In this document: positions 1 through 14,500 of the stretch, piece after piece | Layout of the letters: every line of letters starts with the position of its first letter | How positions within the stretch are numbered: the first letter of the stretch is position 1 | NCBI RefSeq assembly: GCF_963921235.1 | Contig: NC_086108.1 | Span: forward strand, 1,364,001-1,428,000 | DNA length: 64,000 nucleotides | Direction of reading: 5' to 3' | Source: Mobula hypostoma | Lineage: Eukaryota | Notes under the pieces: model-generated | The model's input: only the letters and a program-made list of their open reading frames with translations | Databases searched by the model: none | What the model was told of the DNA's origin: nothing | Position numbers and translations under genes: made by a program

Positions 1-1184
1 CTGTGATCTACAACCATCGCACAGCTCTGAACTGACTCCGCACTGTGATCTACAACCATCGCACAGCTCTGAACTGACTCCACACTGTGATCTGCAACCA
101 TCGCACAGCACTGAACTGACTCTGTGGCTGTGATCTACAACCATCGCACAGCGCTGAACTGACTCCGCACGGTGATCTACAACCATCGCACAGCGCTGAA
201 CTGACTCCGCACTGTGATCTAAAACCATCGCACAGCGCTGAACTGACTCCGCACGGTGATCTACAACCATCGCACAGCGCTGAACTGACTCCGCACTGTG
301 ATCTAAGAGCATCGCACAACGCTGAACTGACTCCACACTGTGATCTGCGACCATCGCACAGCGCTGAACTGACTCCACACTGTGATCTGCGACCATTGCA
401 CAGCGCTGAACTGACTCTGCGGCTGTGATCTTCAACCATCGCACAGCGCTGAACTGACTCACACTGTGATCTACAACCATCGCACAGCGCTGAACTGACT
501 CTGCGGCTGTGATCTACAACCATCGCACAGCGCTGAACTGACTCCGCACTGTGATCTACAACCATCGCACAGCGCTGAACTGACTCCACACTGTGATCTA
601 CAACCATCGCACAGCACTGAACTGACTGTGCACTGTGATCTACAACCATCGCACAGCGCTGAACTGACTCCACACTGTGATCTACAACCATCGCACAGCG
701 CTGAACTGACTCCGCACTGTGATCTACAACCATCGCACAGCGCTGAACTGACTCCACACTGTGATCTACAACCATCGCACAGCGCTGAACTGACTCCGCA
801 CTGTGATCTACAACCATCGCACAGCGCTGAACTGACTCCGCACTGTGATCTACAACCATCGCACAGCGCTGAACTGACTCCACACTGTGATCTGCGACCA
901 TCACACAGCGCTGAACTGACTCCGCACTGTGATCTACAACCATCGCACAGCGCTGAACTGACTCGCACTGTGATCTACAACCATCACACAGCGCTGAACT
1001 GACTCCACACTGTGATCTACGAACATCGCACTGAGCTGAACTGACTCCACACTGTGATCTGCGAACATCGCACAGCGCTGAACTGACTCCACACTGTGAT
1101 CTACAACCATCGCACAGCGCTGAACTGACTCCACACTGTGATCTACGAACATCGCACAGCGCTGAACTGACTCCACACTGTGAT

Positions 1185-1870
1185 CTACGACCATCGCACA
1201 GCACTGAACTGACTCTGTGGCTGTGATCTACAACCATCGCACAGCGCTGAACTGACTCCACACTGTGATCTACGACCATCGCACAGCTCTGAACTGACTC
1301 CACACTGTGATCTACGACCATCGCACAGCACTGAACTGACTCTGTGGCTGTGATCTACAACCATCGCACAGCGCTGAACTGACTCCGCACTGTGATCTAC
1401 GACCATCGCACAGCGCTGAACTGACTCCACACTGTGATCTACGACCATCGCACAGCGCTGAACTGACTCTGTGGCTGTGATCTACAGCCATTGCACAGCG
1501 CTGAACTGACTCCGCACTGTGATCTACAACCATCGCACAGCGCTGAACTGACTCCACACTGTGATCTACGACCATCGCACAGCGCTGAACTGACTCCACA
1601 CTGTGATCTACGACCATCGCACAGCACTGAACTGACTCTGTGGCTGTGATCTACAACCATCGCACAGCGCTGAACTGACTCCACACTGTGATCTACGACC
1701 ATCGCACAGCTCTGAACTGACTCCACACTGTGATCTACGACCATCGCACAGCACTGAACTGACTCTGTGGCTGTGATCTACGACCATCGCACAGCGCTGA
1801 ACTGACTCCACACTGTGATCTACAACCATCGCACAGCACTGAACTGACTCTGTGGCTGTGATCTACAACC
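1185..1870. repeat. Local 127-bp trimer periodicity (42+42+43 bp) in array A
   Basis: 43-bp TCTGTGG monomers often recur every third unit. ORF-track ends at 1185, 1312, 1439 and at 1608, 1735 are 127 bp apart. The same spacing recurs at about 2700-3130, 3510-3790 and 14250-14510. Confidence 0.8.
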
Positions 1871-3400
1871 ATCGCACAGCGCTGAACTGACTCCGCACTG
1901 TGATCTACAACCATCGCACAGCTCTGAACTGACTCCGCACTGTGATCTACAACCATCGCACAGCGCCGAACTGACTCCGCACTGTGATCTACAACCATCG
2001 CACAGCTCTGAATTGACTCCGCACTGTGATCTACAACCATCGCACAGTGCTGAACTGACTCCGCACTGTGATCTACAACCATCGCACAGCGCTGAACTGA
2101 CTCTGTGGCTGTGATCTACAACCATCGCACAGCGCTGAACTGACTCCGCACTGTGATCTACAACCATCGCACAGCGCTGAACTGACTCCGCACTGTGATC
2201 TACAACCATCGCACAGCGCTGAACTGACTCCGCACTGTGATCTACAACCATCGCACAGCGCTGAACTGACTCCGCACTGTGATCTACAACCATCGCACAG
2301 CGCTGAACTGACTCCACACTGTGATCTACAACCATCGCACAGCGCTGAACTGACTCCGCACTGTGATCTACAACCATCGCACAGCGCTGAACTGACTCCG
2401 CACTGTGATCTACAACCATCGCACAGTGCTGAACTGACTCCACACTGTGATCTACAACCATCGCACAGCGCTGAACTGACTCACACTGTGATCTACAACC
2501 ATCACACAGCGCTGAACTGACTCCACACTGTGATCTACGAACATCGCACTGAGCTGAACTGACTCCACACTGTGATCTGCGAACATCGCACAGCACTGAA
2601 CTGACTCTGTGGCTGTGATCTACAACCATTGCACAGCGCTGAACTGACTCCACACTGTGATCTACGACCATCGCACAGCGCTGAACTGACTCCACACTGT
2701 GATCTACGACCATCGCACAGCACTGAACTGACTCTGTGGCTGTGATCTACAACCATCGCACAGCGCTGAACTGACTCCGCACTGTGATCTACAACCATCG
2801 CACAGCGCTGAACTGACTCCACACTGTGATCTACGACCATCGCACAGCGCTGAACTGACTCTGTGGCTGTGATCTACAGCCATTGCACAGCGCTGAACTG
2901 ACTCCGCACTGTGATCTACAACCATCGCACAGCGCTGAACTGACTCCGCACTGTGATCTACAACCATCGCACAGCGCTGAACTGACTCCACACTGTGATC
3001 TACGACCATCGCACAGCACTGAACTGACTCTGTGGCTGTGATCTACAACCATCGCACAGCGCTGAACTGACTCCACACTGTGATCTACGACCATCGCACA
3101 GCTCTGAACTGACTCCACACTGTGATCTACGACCATCGCACAGCACTGAACTGACTCTGTGGCTGTGATCTACAACCATCGCACAGCGCTGAACTGACTC
3201 CACACTGTGATCTACGACCATCGCACAGCGCTGAACTGACTCTGTGGCTGTGATCTACAGCCATTGCACAGCGCTGAACTGACTCCGCACTGTGATCTAC
3301 TACCATCGCACAGCTCTGAACTGACTCCGCACTGTGATCTACAACCATCGCACAGCGCCGAACTGACTCCGCACTGTGATCTACAACCATCGCACAGCGC
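1300..3400. repeat. Block duplication with 1392-bp offset in array A
   Basis: Matching frameshift/ORF landmarks at 1312/2704, 1439/2831, 1608/3000, 1735/3127 and 1820/3212 are all 1392 bp apart. The rare CAGCGCCGAAC variant is at about 1961 and about 3353. Boundaries approximate. Confidence 0.75.
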
Positions 3401-3639
3401 TGAACTGACTCCGCACTGTGATCTACAACCATCGCACAGTGCTGAACTGACTCCGCACTGTGATCTACGACCATCGCACAGCGCTGAACTGACTCCACAC
3501 TGTGATCTACGACCATCGCACAGCACTGAACTGACTCTGTGGCTGTGATCTACAACCATCGCACAGCGCTGAACTGACTCCACACTGTGATCTACGACCA
3601 TCGCACAGCTCTGAACTGACTCCACACTGTGATCTACGA

Positions 3640-6600
3640 CCATCGCACAGCACTGAACTGACTCTGTGGCTGTGATCTACAACCATCGCACAGCGCTGAA
3701 CTGACTCCACACTGTGATCTACGACCATCGCACAGCGCTGAACTGACTCCACACTGTGATCTACGACCATCGCACAGCACTGAACTGACTCTGTGGCTGT
3801 GATCTGCAACCATCGCACAGCACTGAACTGACTCTGTGGCTGTGATCTAAAACCATCGCACAGCGCTGAACTGACTCCGCACGGTGATCTACAACCATCG
3901 CACAGCTCTGAACTGACTCCGCAATGTGAACTACGACCATCGCTCAGCGATGAACTGACTACACACTGTGATCTGCGAACATCGCACAGCACTGAACTGA
4001 CTCCACACTGCGATCTACAACCATCGCACAGCGCTGAACTGACTCTGCGACTGTGATCTACAACCATCGCACAGCACTGAACTGACTACACACTGTGATC
4101 TGCGACCATCGCACAGCGCTGAACTGACTCCACACTGTGATCTACAACCATCGCACAGCGCTGAACTGACTCCACACTGTGATCTACAACCATCGCACAG
4201 CGCTGAACTGACTCCACACTGTGATCTACAACCATCGCACAGCGCTGAACTGACTCCGCACTGTGATCTACAACCATCGCACAGCGCTGAACTGACTCCG
4301 CACTGTGATCTACAACCATCGCACAGCGCTGAACTGACTCCGCACTGTGATCTACAACCATCGCACAGCGCTGAACTGACTCCGCACTGTGATCTACAAC
4401 CATCGCACAGCGCTGAACTGACTCTGTGGCTGTGATCTACAACCATCGCACAGCGCTGAACTGACTCCGCACTGTGATCTACAACCATCGCACAGCGCTG
4501 AACTGACTCCACACTGTGATCTACAACCATCGCACAGCGCTGAACTGACTCCGCACTGTGATCTACAACCATCGCACTGCGCTGAACTGACTCTGCACTG
4601 TGATCTACAACCATCGCACAGCGCTGAAAAGACTCACACTGTGATCTACAACCACCGCACAGCGCTGAACTGACTCCACACTGTGATCTACGACCATCGC
4701 ACAGCGCTGAACTGACTCCACACTGTGATCTACAACCATCGCACAGCGCTGAACTGACTCCATACTGTGATCTACAACCATCGCACAGCGCTGAACTGAC
4801 TCCGCACTGTGATCTACAACCATCGCACAGCGCTGAACTGACTCCACACTGTGATCTGCGACCATCGCACAGCGCTGAACTGACTCTGCGGCTGTGATCT
4901 TCAACCATCGCACAGCGCTGAACTGACTCACACTGTGATCTACAACCATTGCACAGCGCTGAACTGACTCTGCGGCTGTGATCTACAACCATCGCACAGT
5001 ACTGAACTGACTACACACTGTGATCTGCGACTATCGCACAGCGCTGAACTGTCTCCGCACGGTGATCTACAACCATCACACAGCGCTGAACTGACTCCGC
5101 ACTGTGATCTGTGACCATCACACAGCGCTGAACTGACTCCGCACTGTGATCTACAACCATCGCACAGCGCTGAACTGACTCCGCACTGTGATCTACAACC
5201 ATCGCACAGCGCTGAACTGACTCTGCACTGTGATCTACAACCATCGCACAGCGCTGAACTGACTCACACTGTGATCTACAACCATTGCACAGCGCTGAAC
5301 TGACTACGCACTGTGATCTACAGCCATCGCACAGCACTGAACTGACTGTGCACTGTGATCTACAACCATCACACAGCGCTGAACTGACTTCACACTGTGA
5401 TCTACAACCATCGCACAGCGCTGAACTGACTCCACACTGTGATCTACAACCATCGCACAGCGCTGAACTGACTGCACACTGTGATCTGCGATCTTCACAC
5501 ATCGCTGAAGTCACTCTGCACTGTGATCTGCGACCATTGCACAGTGCTGAACTGAATCCGCACTGTGATCTACAACCATCACACAGCGGTGAACTGTCTC
5601 CACACTGTGATCTACGAACCATCGCACAGCGCTGAACTGACTCCACACTGTGATCTACGACCATCGCACAGCGCTGAACTGACTCCACACTGTGATCTAC
5701 AACCATCGCACAGCGCTGAACTGACTCCACACTGTGATCTACGAACATCGCACTGAGCTGAACGGACTCCACACTGTGATCTACGACCATCGCACAGCAC
5801 TGAACTGACTCTGTGGCGGTGATCTACAACCATTGCACAGTGCTGAACTGACTCCACACTGTGATCTACGACCATAGCACAGCTCTGAACTGACTCCACA
5901 CTGTGATCTACGACCATCGCACAGCACTGAACTGACTCTGTGGCTGTGATCTACAATCATCGCACAGCGCTGAACTGAGGCAACACTGTGATCTACGACC
6001 ATCGCACAGCGCTGAACTGACTCCACACTGTGATCTACGACCATCGCACAGCACTGAACTGACTCTGTGGCTGTGATCTACAACCATTGCACAGCGCTGA
6101 ACTGACTCCGCACTGTGATCTACAACCATCGCACAGCGCTGAACTGACTCCGCACTGTGATCTACGAACATCGCACAGAGCTGAACGGACTCCACACTGT
6201 GATCTACGACCATCGCACAGCACTGAACTGACTCTGTGGCTGTGATCTACAACCATCGCACAGCTCTGAACTGACTCCATACTGTGATCTACGACCATCG
6301 CACAGCACTGAACTGACTCTGTGGCTGTGATCTACGACCATCGCACAGCGCTGAACTGACTCCACACTGTGATCTACGACCATCGCACAGCACTGAACTG
6401 ACTCTGTGGCTGTGATCTACAGCCATTGCACAGCGCTGAACTGACTCCGCACTGTGATCCACAACCATCGCAGAGCTCTGAACTGACTCCGCACTGTGAT
6501 CTACAACCATCGCAGAGCGCCGAACTGACTCCGCACTGTGATCTACAACCATCGCACAGCGCAGAATTGACTCCGCACTGTGATCTACAACCATCGCACA

Positions 6601-9600
6601 GTGCTGAACTGACTCCGCACTGTGATCTACAACCATCGCACAGCGCTGAACTGACTCTGTGGCTGTGATCTACTACCATCGCACAGCTCTGAACTGACTC
6701 CGGACTGTGATCTACAACCATCGCACAGCGCCGAACTGACTCCGCACTGTGATCTACAACCATCGCACAGCGCTGAATTAACTCCGCACTGTGATCTACA
6801 ACCATCGCACAGTGCTGAACTGACTCCGCACTGTGATCTACAACCATCGCACAGCGCTGAACTGACTCTGTGGCTGTGATCTACAGCCATTGCACAGCGC
6901 TGAACTGACTCCGCACTGTGATCTACGACCATCGCACAGCGCTGAACTGACTCCACACTGTGATCTACGACCATCGCACAGCGCTGAACTGACTCCACAC
7001 TGTGATCTACAACCATCGCACAGCGCTGAACTGACTCCACACTGTGATCTACAACCATCGCACAGCGCTGAACTGACTCCGCACTGTGATCTACAACCAT
7101 CGCACAGCGCTGAACTGACTCCACACTGTGATCTACAACCATCGCACAGCGCTGAACTGACTCTGCGACTGTGATCTACAACCATCACACAGCACTGAAC
7201 TGACTACACACTGTGATCTGCGACCATCGCACAGCGCAGAACTGACTCCACGCTGTGATCTACAACCATCGCAGAGCTCTGAACTGACTCCGCACTGTGA
7301 TCTACAACCATTGCACAGCGCCGAACTGACTCCGCACTGTGATCTACAACCATCGCACAGCTCTGAACTGACTCCGCACTGTGATCTACGACCATCGCAC
7401 AGCACTGAACTGACTCTGTGGCTGTGATCTACAACCATCGCACAGCGCTGAACTGACTCCGCACTGTGATCTACAACCATCGCACAGCTCTGAACTGACT
7501 CCGCACTGTGATCTACAACCATCGCACAGCGCTGAACTGACTCCGCACTGTGATCTACAACCATCGCACAGCGCTGAACTGACTCCGCACTGTGATCTAC
7601 AACCATCGCACAGCGCTGAACTGACTCCGCACTGTGATCTACAACCATCGCACAGCGCTGAACTGACTCCACACTGTGATCTACGACCATCGCACAGCAC
7701 TGAACTGACTCTGTGGCTGTGATCTACAACCATCGCACAGCGCTGAACTGACTCCACACTGTGATCTACGACCATCGCACAGCGCTGAACTGACTCCACA
7801 CTGTGATCTACGACCATCGCACAGCACTGAACTGACTCTGTGGCTGTGATCTACAACCATCGCACAGCGCTGAACTGACTCCACACTGTGATCTACGACC
7901 ATCGCACAGCGCTGAACTGACTCCACACTGTGATCTACGACCATCGCACAGCACTGAACTGACTCTGTGGCTGTGATCTGCAACCATCGCACAGCACTGA
8001 ACTGACTCTGTGGCTGTGATCTAAAACCATCGCACAGCGCTGAACTGACTCCGCACTGTGATCTACAACCATCGCACAGCTCTGAACTGACTCCGCACTG
8101 TGAACTACGACCATCGCTCAGCGCTGAACTGACTCCACACTGTGATCTGCGAACATCGCACAGCACTGAACTGACTCCACACTGCGATCTACAACCATCG
8201 CACAGCGCTGAACTGACTCTGCGACTGTGATCTACAACCATCGCACAGCGCTGATCTGACTCCACACTGTGATCTACGACCATCGCACAGATCTGAACTG
8301 ACTCCACACTGTGATCTACAACCATCGCACAGCGCTGAACTGACTCCACACTGTGATCTGTGACCATCGCACAGCGCTGAACTGACTCCACACTGTGATC
8401 TACAACCATCGCACAGCGCTGAACTGACTCCGCACTGTGATCTACAACCATCGCACAGCGCTGAACTGACTCCGCACTGTGATCTACAACCATCGCACAG
8501 CGCTGAACTGACTCCGCACTGTGATCTACAACCATCGCACAGCGCTGAACTGACTCCGCACTGTGATCTGCGACCATCGCACAGCGCTGAACTGACTCTG
8601 CGGCTGTGATCTACAACCATCGCACAGCGCTGAAAAGACTCACACTGTGATCTACAACCATCGCACAGCGCTGAACTGACTCCACACTGTGATCTACAAC
8701 CATCGCACAGCGCTGAAAAGACTCACACTGTGATCTACAACCATCGCACTGCGCTGAACTGACTCTGCACTGTGATCTACAACCATCGCACAGCGCTGAA
8801 AAGACTCACACTGTGATCTACAACCACCGCACAGCGCTGAACTGACTCCACACTGTGATCTACGACCATCGCACAGCGCTGAACTGACTCCACACTGTGA
8901 TCTACAACCATCGCACAGCGCTGAACTGACTCCACACTGTGATCTACAACCATCGCACAGCGCTGAACTGACTCCGCACTGTGATCTACAACCATCGCAC
9001 AGCGCTGAACTGACTCCACACTGTGATCTGCGACCATCGCACAGCGCTGAACTGACTCTGTGGCTGTGATCTACAACCATCGCACAGCGCTGAACTGACT
9101 CCGCACTGTGATCTACAACCATCGCACAGCGCTGAACTGACTCTGCGGCTGTGATCTACAACCATCGCACAGCGCTGAACTGACTCACACTGTGATCTAC
9201 AACCATCGCACAGCGCTGAACTGACTCCGCACTGTGATCTACAACCATCGCACAGCGCTGAACTGACTCCGCACTGTGATCTACAACCATCGCACAGCGC
9301 TGAACTGACTCCGCACTGTGATCTACAACCATCGCACAGCGCTGAACTGACTCCACACTGTGATCTACAACCATCGCACAGCGCTGAACTGACTCTGCGG
9401 CTGTGATCTACAACCATCGCACAGCGCTGAACTGACTCCACACTGTGATCTACAACCATCGCACAGCGCTGAACTGACTCCACACTGTGATCTACAACCA
9501 TCGCACAGCACTGAACTGACTCCGCACTGTGATCTACAACCATCGCACAGCGCTGAACTGACTCCGCACTGTGATCTACAACCATCGCACAGCGCTGAAC

Positions 9601-11500
9601 TGACTCCACACTGTGATCTACAACCATCGCACAGCGCTGAACTGACTCCGCACTGTGATCTACAACCATCGCACAGCGCTGAACTGACTCTGCACTGTGA
9701 TCTACAACCATCGCACAGCGCTGAACTGACTCCGCACTGTGATCTACAACCATCACACAGCGCTGAACTGACTCCACACTGTGATCTACGACCATCGCAC
9801 AGCGCTGAACTGACTCCACACTGTGATCTACGACCATCGCACAGCGCTGAACTGACTCCACACTGTGATCTACAACCATCGCACAGCGCTGAACTGACTA
9901 CACACTGTGATCTACGAACATCGCACTGAGCTGAACGGACTCCACACTGTGATCTACGACCATCGCACAGCACTGAACTGACTCTGTGGCGGTGATCTAC
10001 AACCATTGCACAGTGCTGAACTGACTCCACACTGTGATCTACGACCATAGCACAGCTCTGAACTGACTCCACACTGTGATCTACGACCATCGCACAGCAC
10101 TGAACTGACTCTGTGGCTGTGATCTACAATCATCGCACAGCGCTGAACTGACGCAACACTGTGATCTACGACCATCGCAGAGCGCTGAACTGACTCCACA
10201 CTGTGATCTACGACCATCGCACAGCACTGAACTGACTCTGTGGCTGTGATGTACAGCCATTGCACAGCGCTGAACTGACTCCGCACTGTGATCTACAACC
10301 ATCGCACAGCGCTGAACTGACTCCACACTGTGATCTACGACCATCGCACAGCGCTGAACTGACTCCACACTGTGATCTACGACCATCGCACAGCACTGAA
10401 CTGACTCTGTGGCTGTGATCTACAACCATCGCACAGCTCTGAACTGACTCCATACTGTGATCTACGACCATCGCACAGCACTGAACTGACTCTGTGGCTG
10501 TGATCTACGACCATCGCACAGCGCTGAACTGACTCCACACTGTGATCTACGACCATCGCACAGCACTGAACTGACTCTGTGGCTGTGATCTACAGCCATT
10601 GCACAGCGCTGAACTGACTCCGCACTGTGATCCACAACCATCGCACAGCTCTGAACTGACTCCGCACTGTGATCTACAACCATCGCAGAGCGCCGAACTG
10701 ACTCCGCACTGTGATCTACAACCATCGCACAGCGCTGAATTGACTCCGCACTGTGATCTACAACCATCGCACAGTGCTGAACTGACTCCGCACTGTGATC
10801 TACAAACATCGCACAGCGCTGAACTGACTCTGTGGCTGTGATCTACTACCATCGCACAGCTCTGAACTGACTCCGGACTGTGATCTACAACCATCGCACA
10901 GCGCCGAACTGACTCCGCACTGTGATCTACAACCATCGCACAGCGCTGAACTGACTCCGCACTGTGATCTACAACCATCGCACAGTGCTGAACTGACTCC
11001 GCACTGTGATCTACAACCATCGCACAGCGCTGAACTGACTCTGTGGCTGTGATCTACAGCCATTGCACAGCGCTGAACTGACTCCGCACTGTGATCTACG
11101 ACCATCGCACAGCGCTGAACTGACTCCACACTGTGATCTACGACCATCGCACAGCGCTGAACTGACTCCACACTGTGATCTACAACCATCGCACAGCGCT
11201 GAACTGACTCCGCACTGTGATCTACGACCATCGCACAGCGCTGAACTGACTCCACACTGTGATCTACAACCATCGCACAGCGCTGAACTGACTCCACACT
11301 GTGATCTACAACCATCGCACAGCGCTGAACTGACTCTGCGACTGTGATCTACAACCATCACACAGCACTGAACTGACTACACACTGTGATCTGCGACCAT
11401 CGCACAGCGCAGAACTGACTCCACGCTGTGATCTACAACCATCGCAGAGCTCTGAACTGACTCCGCACTGTGATCTACAACCATCGCACAGCGCTGAACT
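3640..11500. repeat. About 4173-bp higher-order duplication in array A (about 99 monomers)
   Basis: Rare variants are shared at a constant offset: AACGGACTCC 5761/9934, CCATAGCAC about 5872/10045, TACAATCAT about 5952/10125, CCGGACTG about 6700/10873, GCGCAGAAC+CCACGCTG about 7234/11407, CTAAAACC 3847/8021. ORF landmarks 5781/9954 through 7204/11377 differ by 4173. The middle part (about 4100-5700 vs 8270-9870) corresponds less well. Confidence 0.85.
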
Positions 11501-14500
11501 GACTCCGCACTGTGATCTACAACCATCGCACAGCTCTGAATTGACTCCGCACTGTGATCTACAACCATCGCACAGTGCTGAACTGACTCCGCACTGTGAT
11601 CTACAACCATCGCACAGCGCTGAACTGACTCCGCACTGTGATCTACGACCATCGCACAGCGCTGAACTGACTCCACACTGTGATCTGCGAACATCGCACA
11701 GCACTGAACTGACTCCGCACTGTGATCGACAACCATCGCACACCGCTGAACTGACTCCACACTGTGATCTACAACCATCGCACAGTGCTGAACTGACTCC
11801 GCACTGTGATCTACAACCATCGCACAGCGCTGAACTGACTCTGTGGCTGTGATCTACAGCCATTGCACAGCGCTGAACTGACTCCGCACTGTGATCTACA
11901 ACCATCGCACAGTGCTGAACTGACTCCGCGACTGTGATCTACAACCATCGCACAGTACTGAACTGACTCCACACTGTGATCCACAACCATCGCACAGCTC
12001 TGAACTGACTCCGCACTGTGATCTACAACCATCGCACAGCGCTGAACTGACTCCGCACTGTGATCTACAACCATCGCACAGCGCTGAACTGACTCCGCAC
12101 TGTGATCTACAACCATCGCACAGCGCTGAACTGACTCTGTGGCTGTGATCTACAGCCATTGCACAGCGCTGAACTGACTCCGCACTGTGATCTACGACCA
12201 TCGCACAGCGCTGAACTGACTCCACATTGTGATCTACGACCATCGCACAGCACTGAACTGACTCTGTGGCTGTGATCTACAACCATCGCACAGCGCTGAA
12301 CTGACTCCACACTGTGATCTACGACCATCGCACAGCGCTGAACTGACTCCACACTGTGATCTACGACCATCGCACAGCGCTGAACTGACTCCACACTGTG
12401 ATCTACAACCATCGCAGAGCTCTGAACTGACTCCGCACTGTGATCTACAACCATTGCACAGCGCCGAACTGACTCCGCACTGTGATCTACAACCATCGCA
12501 CAGCGCTGAATTGACTCCGCACTGTGATCTACAACCATCGCACAGTGCTGAACTGACTCCGCACTGTGATCTACAAACATCGCACAGCGCTGAACTGACT
12601 CTGTGGCTGTGATCTACAACCATCGCACAGCGCTGAACTGACTCACACTGTGATCTACAACCATCGCACAGCGCTGAACTGACTCCACACTGTGATCTAC
12701 GACCATCGCACAGCGCTGAACTGACTCCACACTGTGATCTACGACCATCGTACAGCGCTGAACTGACTCTGTGGCTGTGATCTACCACCATCGCACAGCA
12801 CTGAACTGACTCCGCACTGTGATCTACAACCATCGCACAGCGCTGAACTGACTCCACACTGTGATCTACAACCATCGCACAGCGCTGAACTGACTCCACA
12901 CTGTGATCTACAACCATCGCACAGCTCTGAACTGACTCCGCACTGTGATCTACAACCATCGCACAGCGCTGAACTGACTCCGCACTGTGATCTACAACCA
13001 TCGCACAGCTCTGAACTGACTCCGCACTGTGATCTACAACCATCGCACAGCGCTGAACTGACTCCGCACTGTGATCTACAACCATCGCACAGCTCTGAAC
13101 TGACTCCGCACTGTGATCTACAACCATCGCACAGCTCTGAACTGACTCCACACTGTGATCTGCAACCATCGCACAGCACTGAACTGACTCTGTGGCTGTG
13201 ATCTACAACCATCGCACAGCGCTGAACTGACTCCGCACTGTGATCTACAACCATCGCACAGCGCTGAACTGACTCCGCACTGTGATCTACAACCATCGCA
13301 CAGCGCTGAACTGACTCCGCACTGTGATCTACAACCATCGCACAGCGCTGAACTGACTCCGCACTGTGATCTACAACCATCGCACAGCGCTGAACTGACT
13401 CCACACTGTGATCTACAACCATCGCACAGCGCTGAACTGACTCCACACTGTGATCTACAACCATCGCACAGCGCTGAACTGACTCTGCGGCTGTGATCTA
13501 CAACCATCGCACAGCGCTGAACTGACTCCACACTGTGATCTACAACCATCGCACAGCGCTGAACTGACTCTGCACTGTGATCTACAACCATCGCACAGCG
13601 CTGAACTGACTCCGCACTGTGATCTACAACCATCGCACAGCGCTGAACTGACTCCACACTGTGATCTACAACCATCGCACAGCACTGAACTGACTGTGCA
13701 CTGTGGTCTACAACCATCGCACAGCGCTGAACTGACTCCACACTGTGATCTACAACCATCGCACAGCACTGAACTGACTGTGCACTGTGATCTACAACCA
13801 TCACACAGCGCTGAACTGACTCCATACTGTGATCTACAACCATCGCACAGCGCTGAACTGACTCCGCACTGTGATCTACAACCATCGCACAGCGCTGAAC
13901 TGACTCCACACTGTGATCTACAACCATCGCACAGCGCTGAACTGACTCCACACTGTGATCTACAACCATCGCACAGCGCTGAACTGACTCTGCACTGTGA
14001 TCTACGACCATCGCACAGCGCTGAACTGACTCCGCACTGTGATCTACAACCATCGCACAGCGCTGAACTGACTCCACACTGTGATCTACAAACATCGCAC
14101 AGCGCTGAACTGACTCCACACTGTGATCTACGACCATCGCACAGCGCTGAACTGACTCCACACTGTGATCTACAACCATCGCACAGCGCTGAACTGACTC
14201 CACACTGTGATCTACGACCATCGCACAGCGCTGAACTGACTCCACACTGTGATCTACGACCATCGCACAGCACTGAACTGACTCTGTGGCTGTGATCTAC
14301 AACCATCGCACAGCGCTGAACTGACTCCACACTGTGATCTACGACCATCGCACAGCTCTGAACTGACTCCACACTGTGATCTACGACCATCGCACAGCAC
14401 TGAACTGACTCTGTGGCTGTGATCTACAACCATCGCACAGCGCTGAACTGACTCCACACTGTGATCTACGACCATCGCACAGCGCTGAACTGACTCCACA

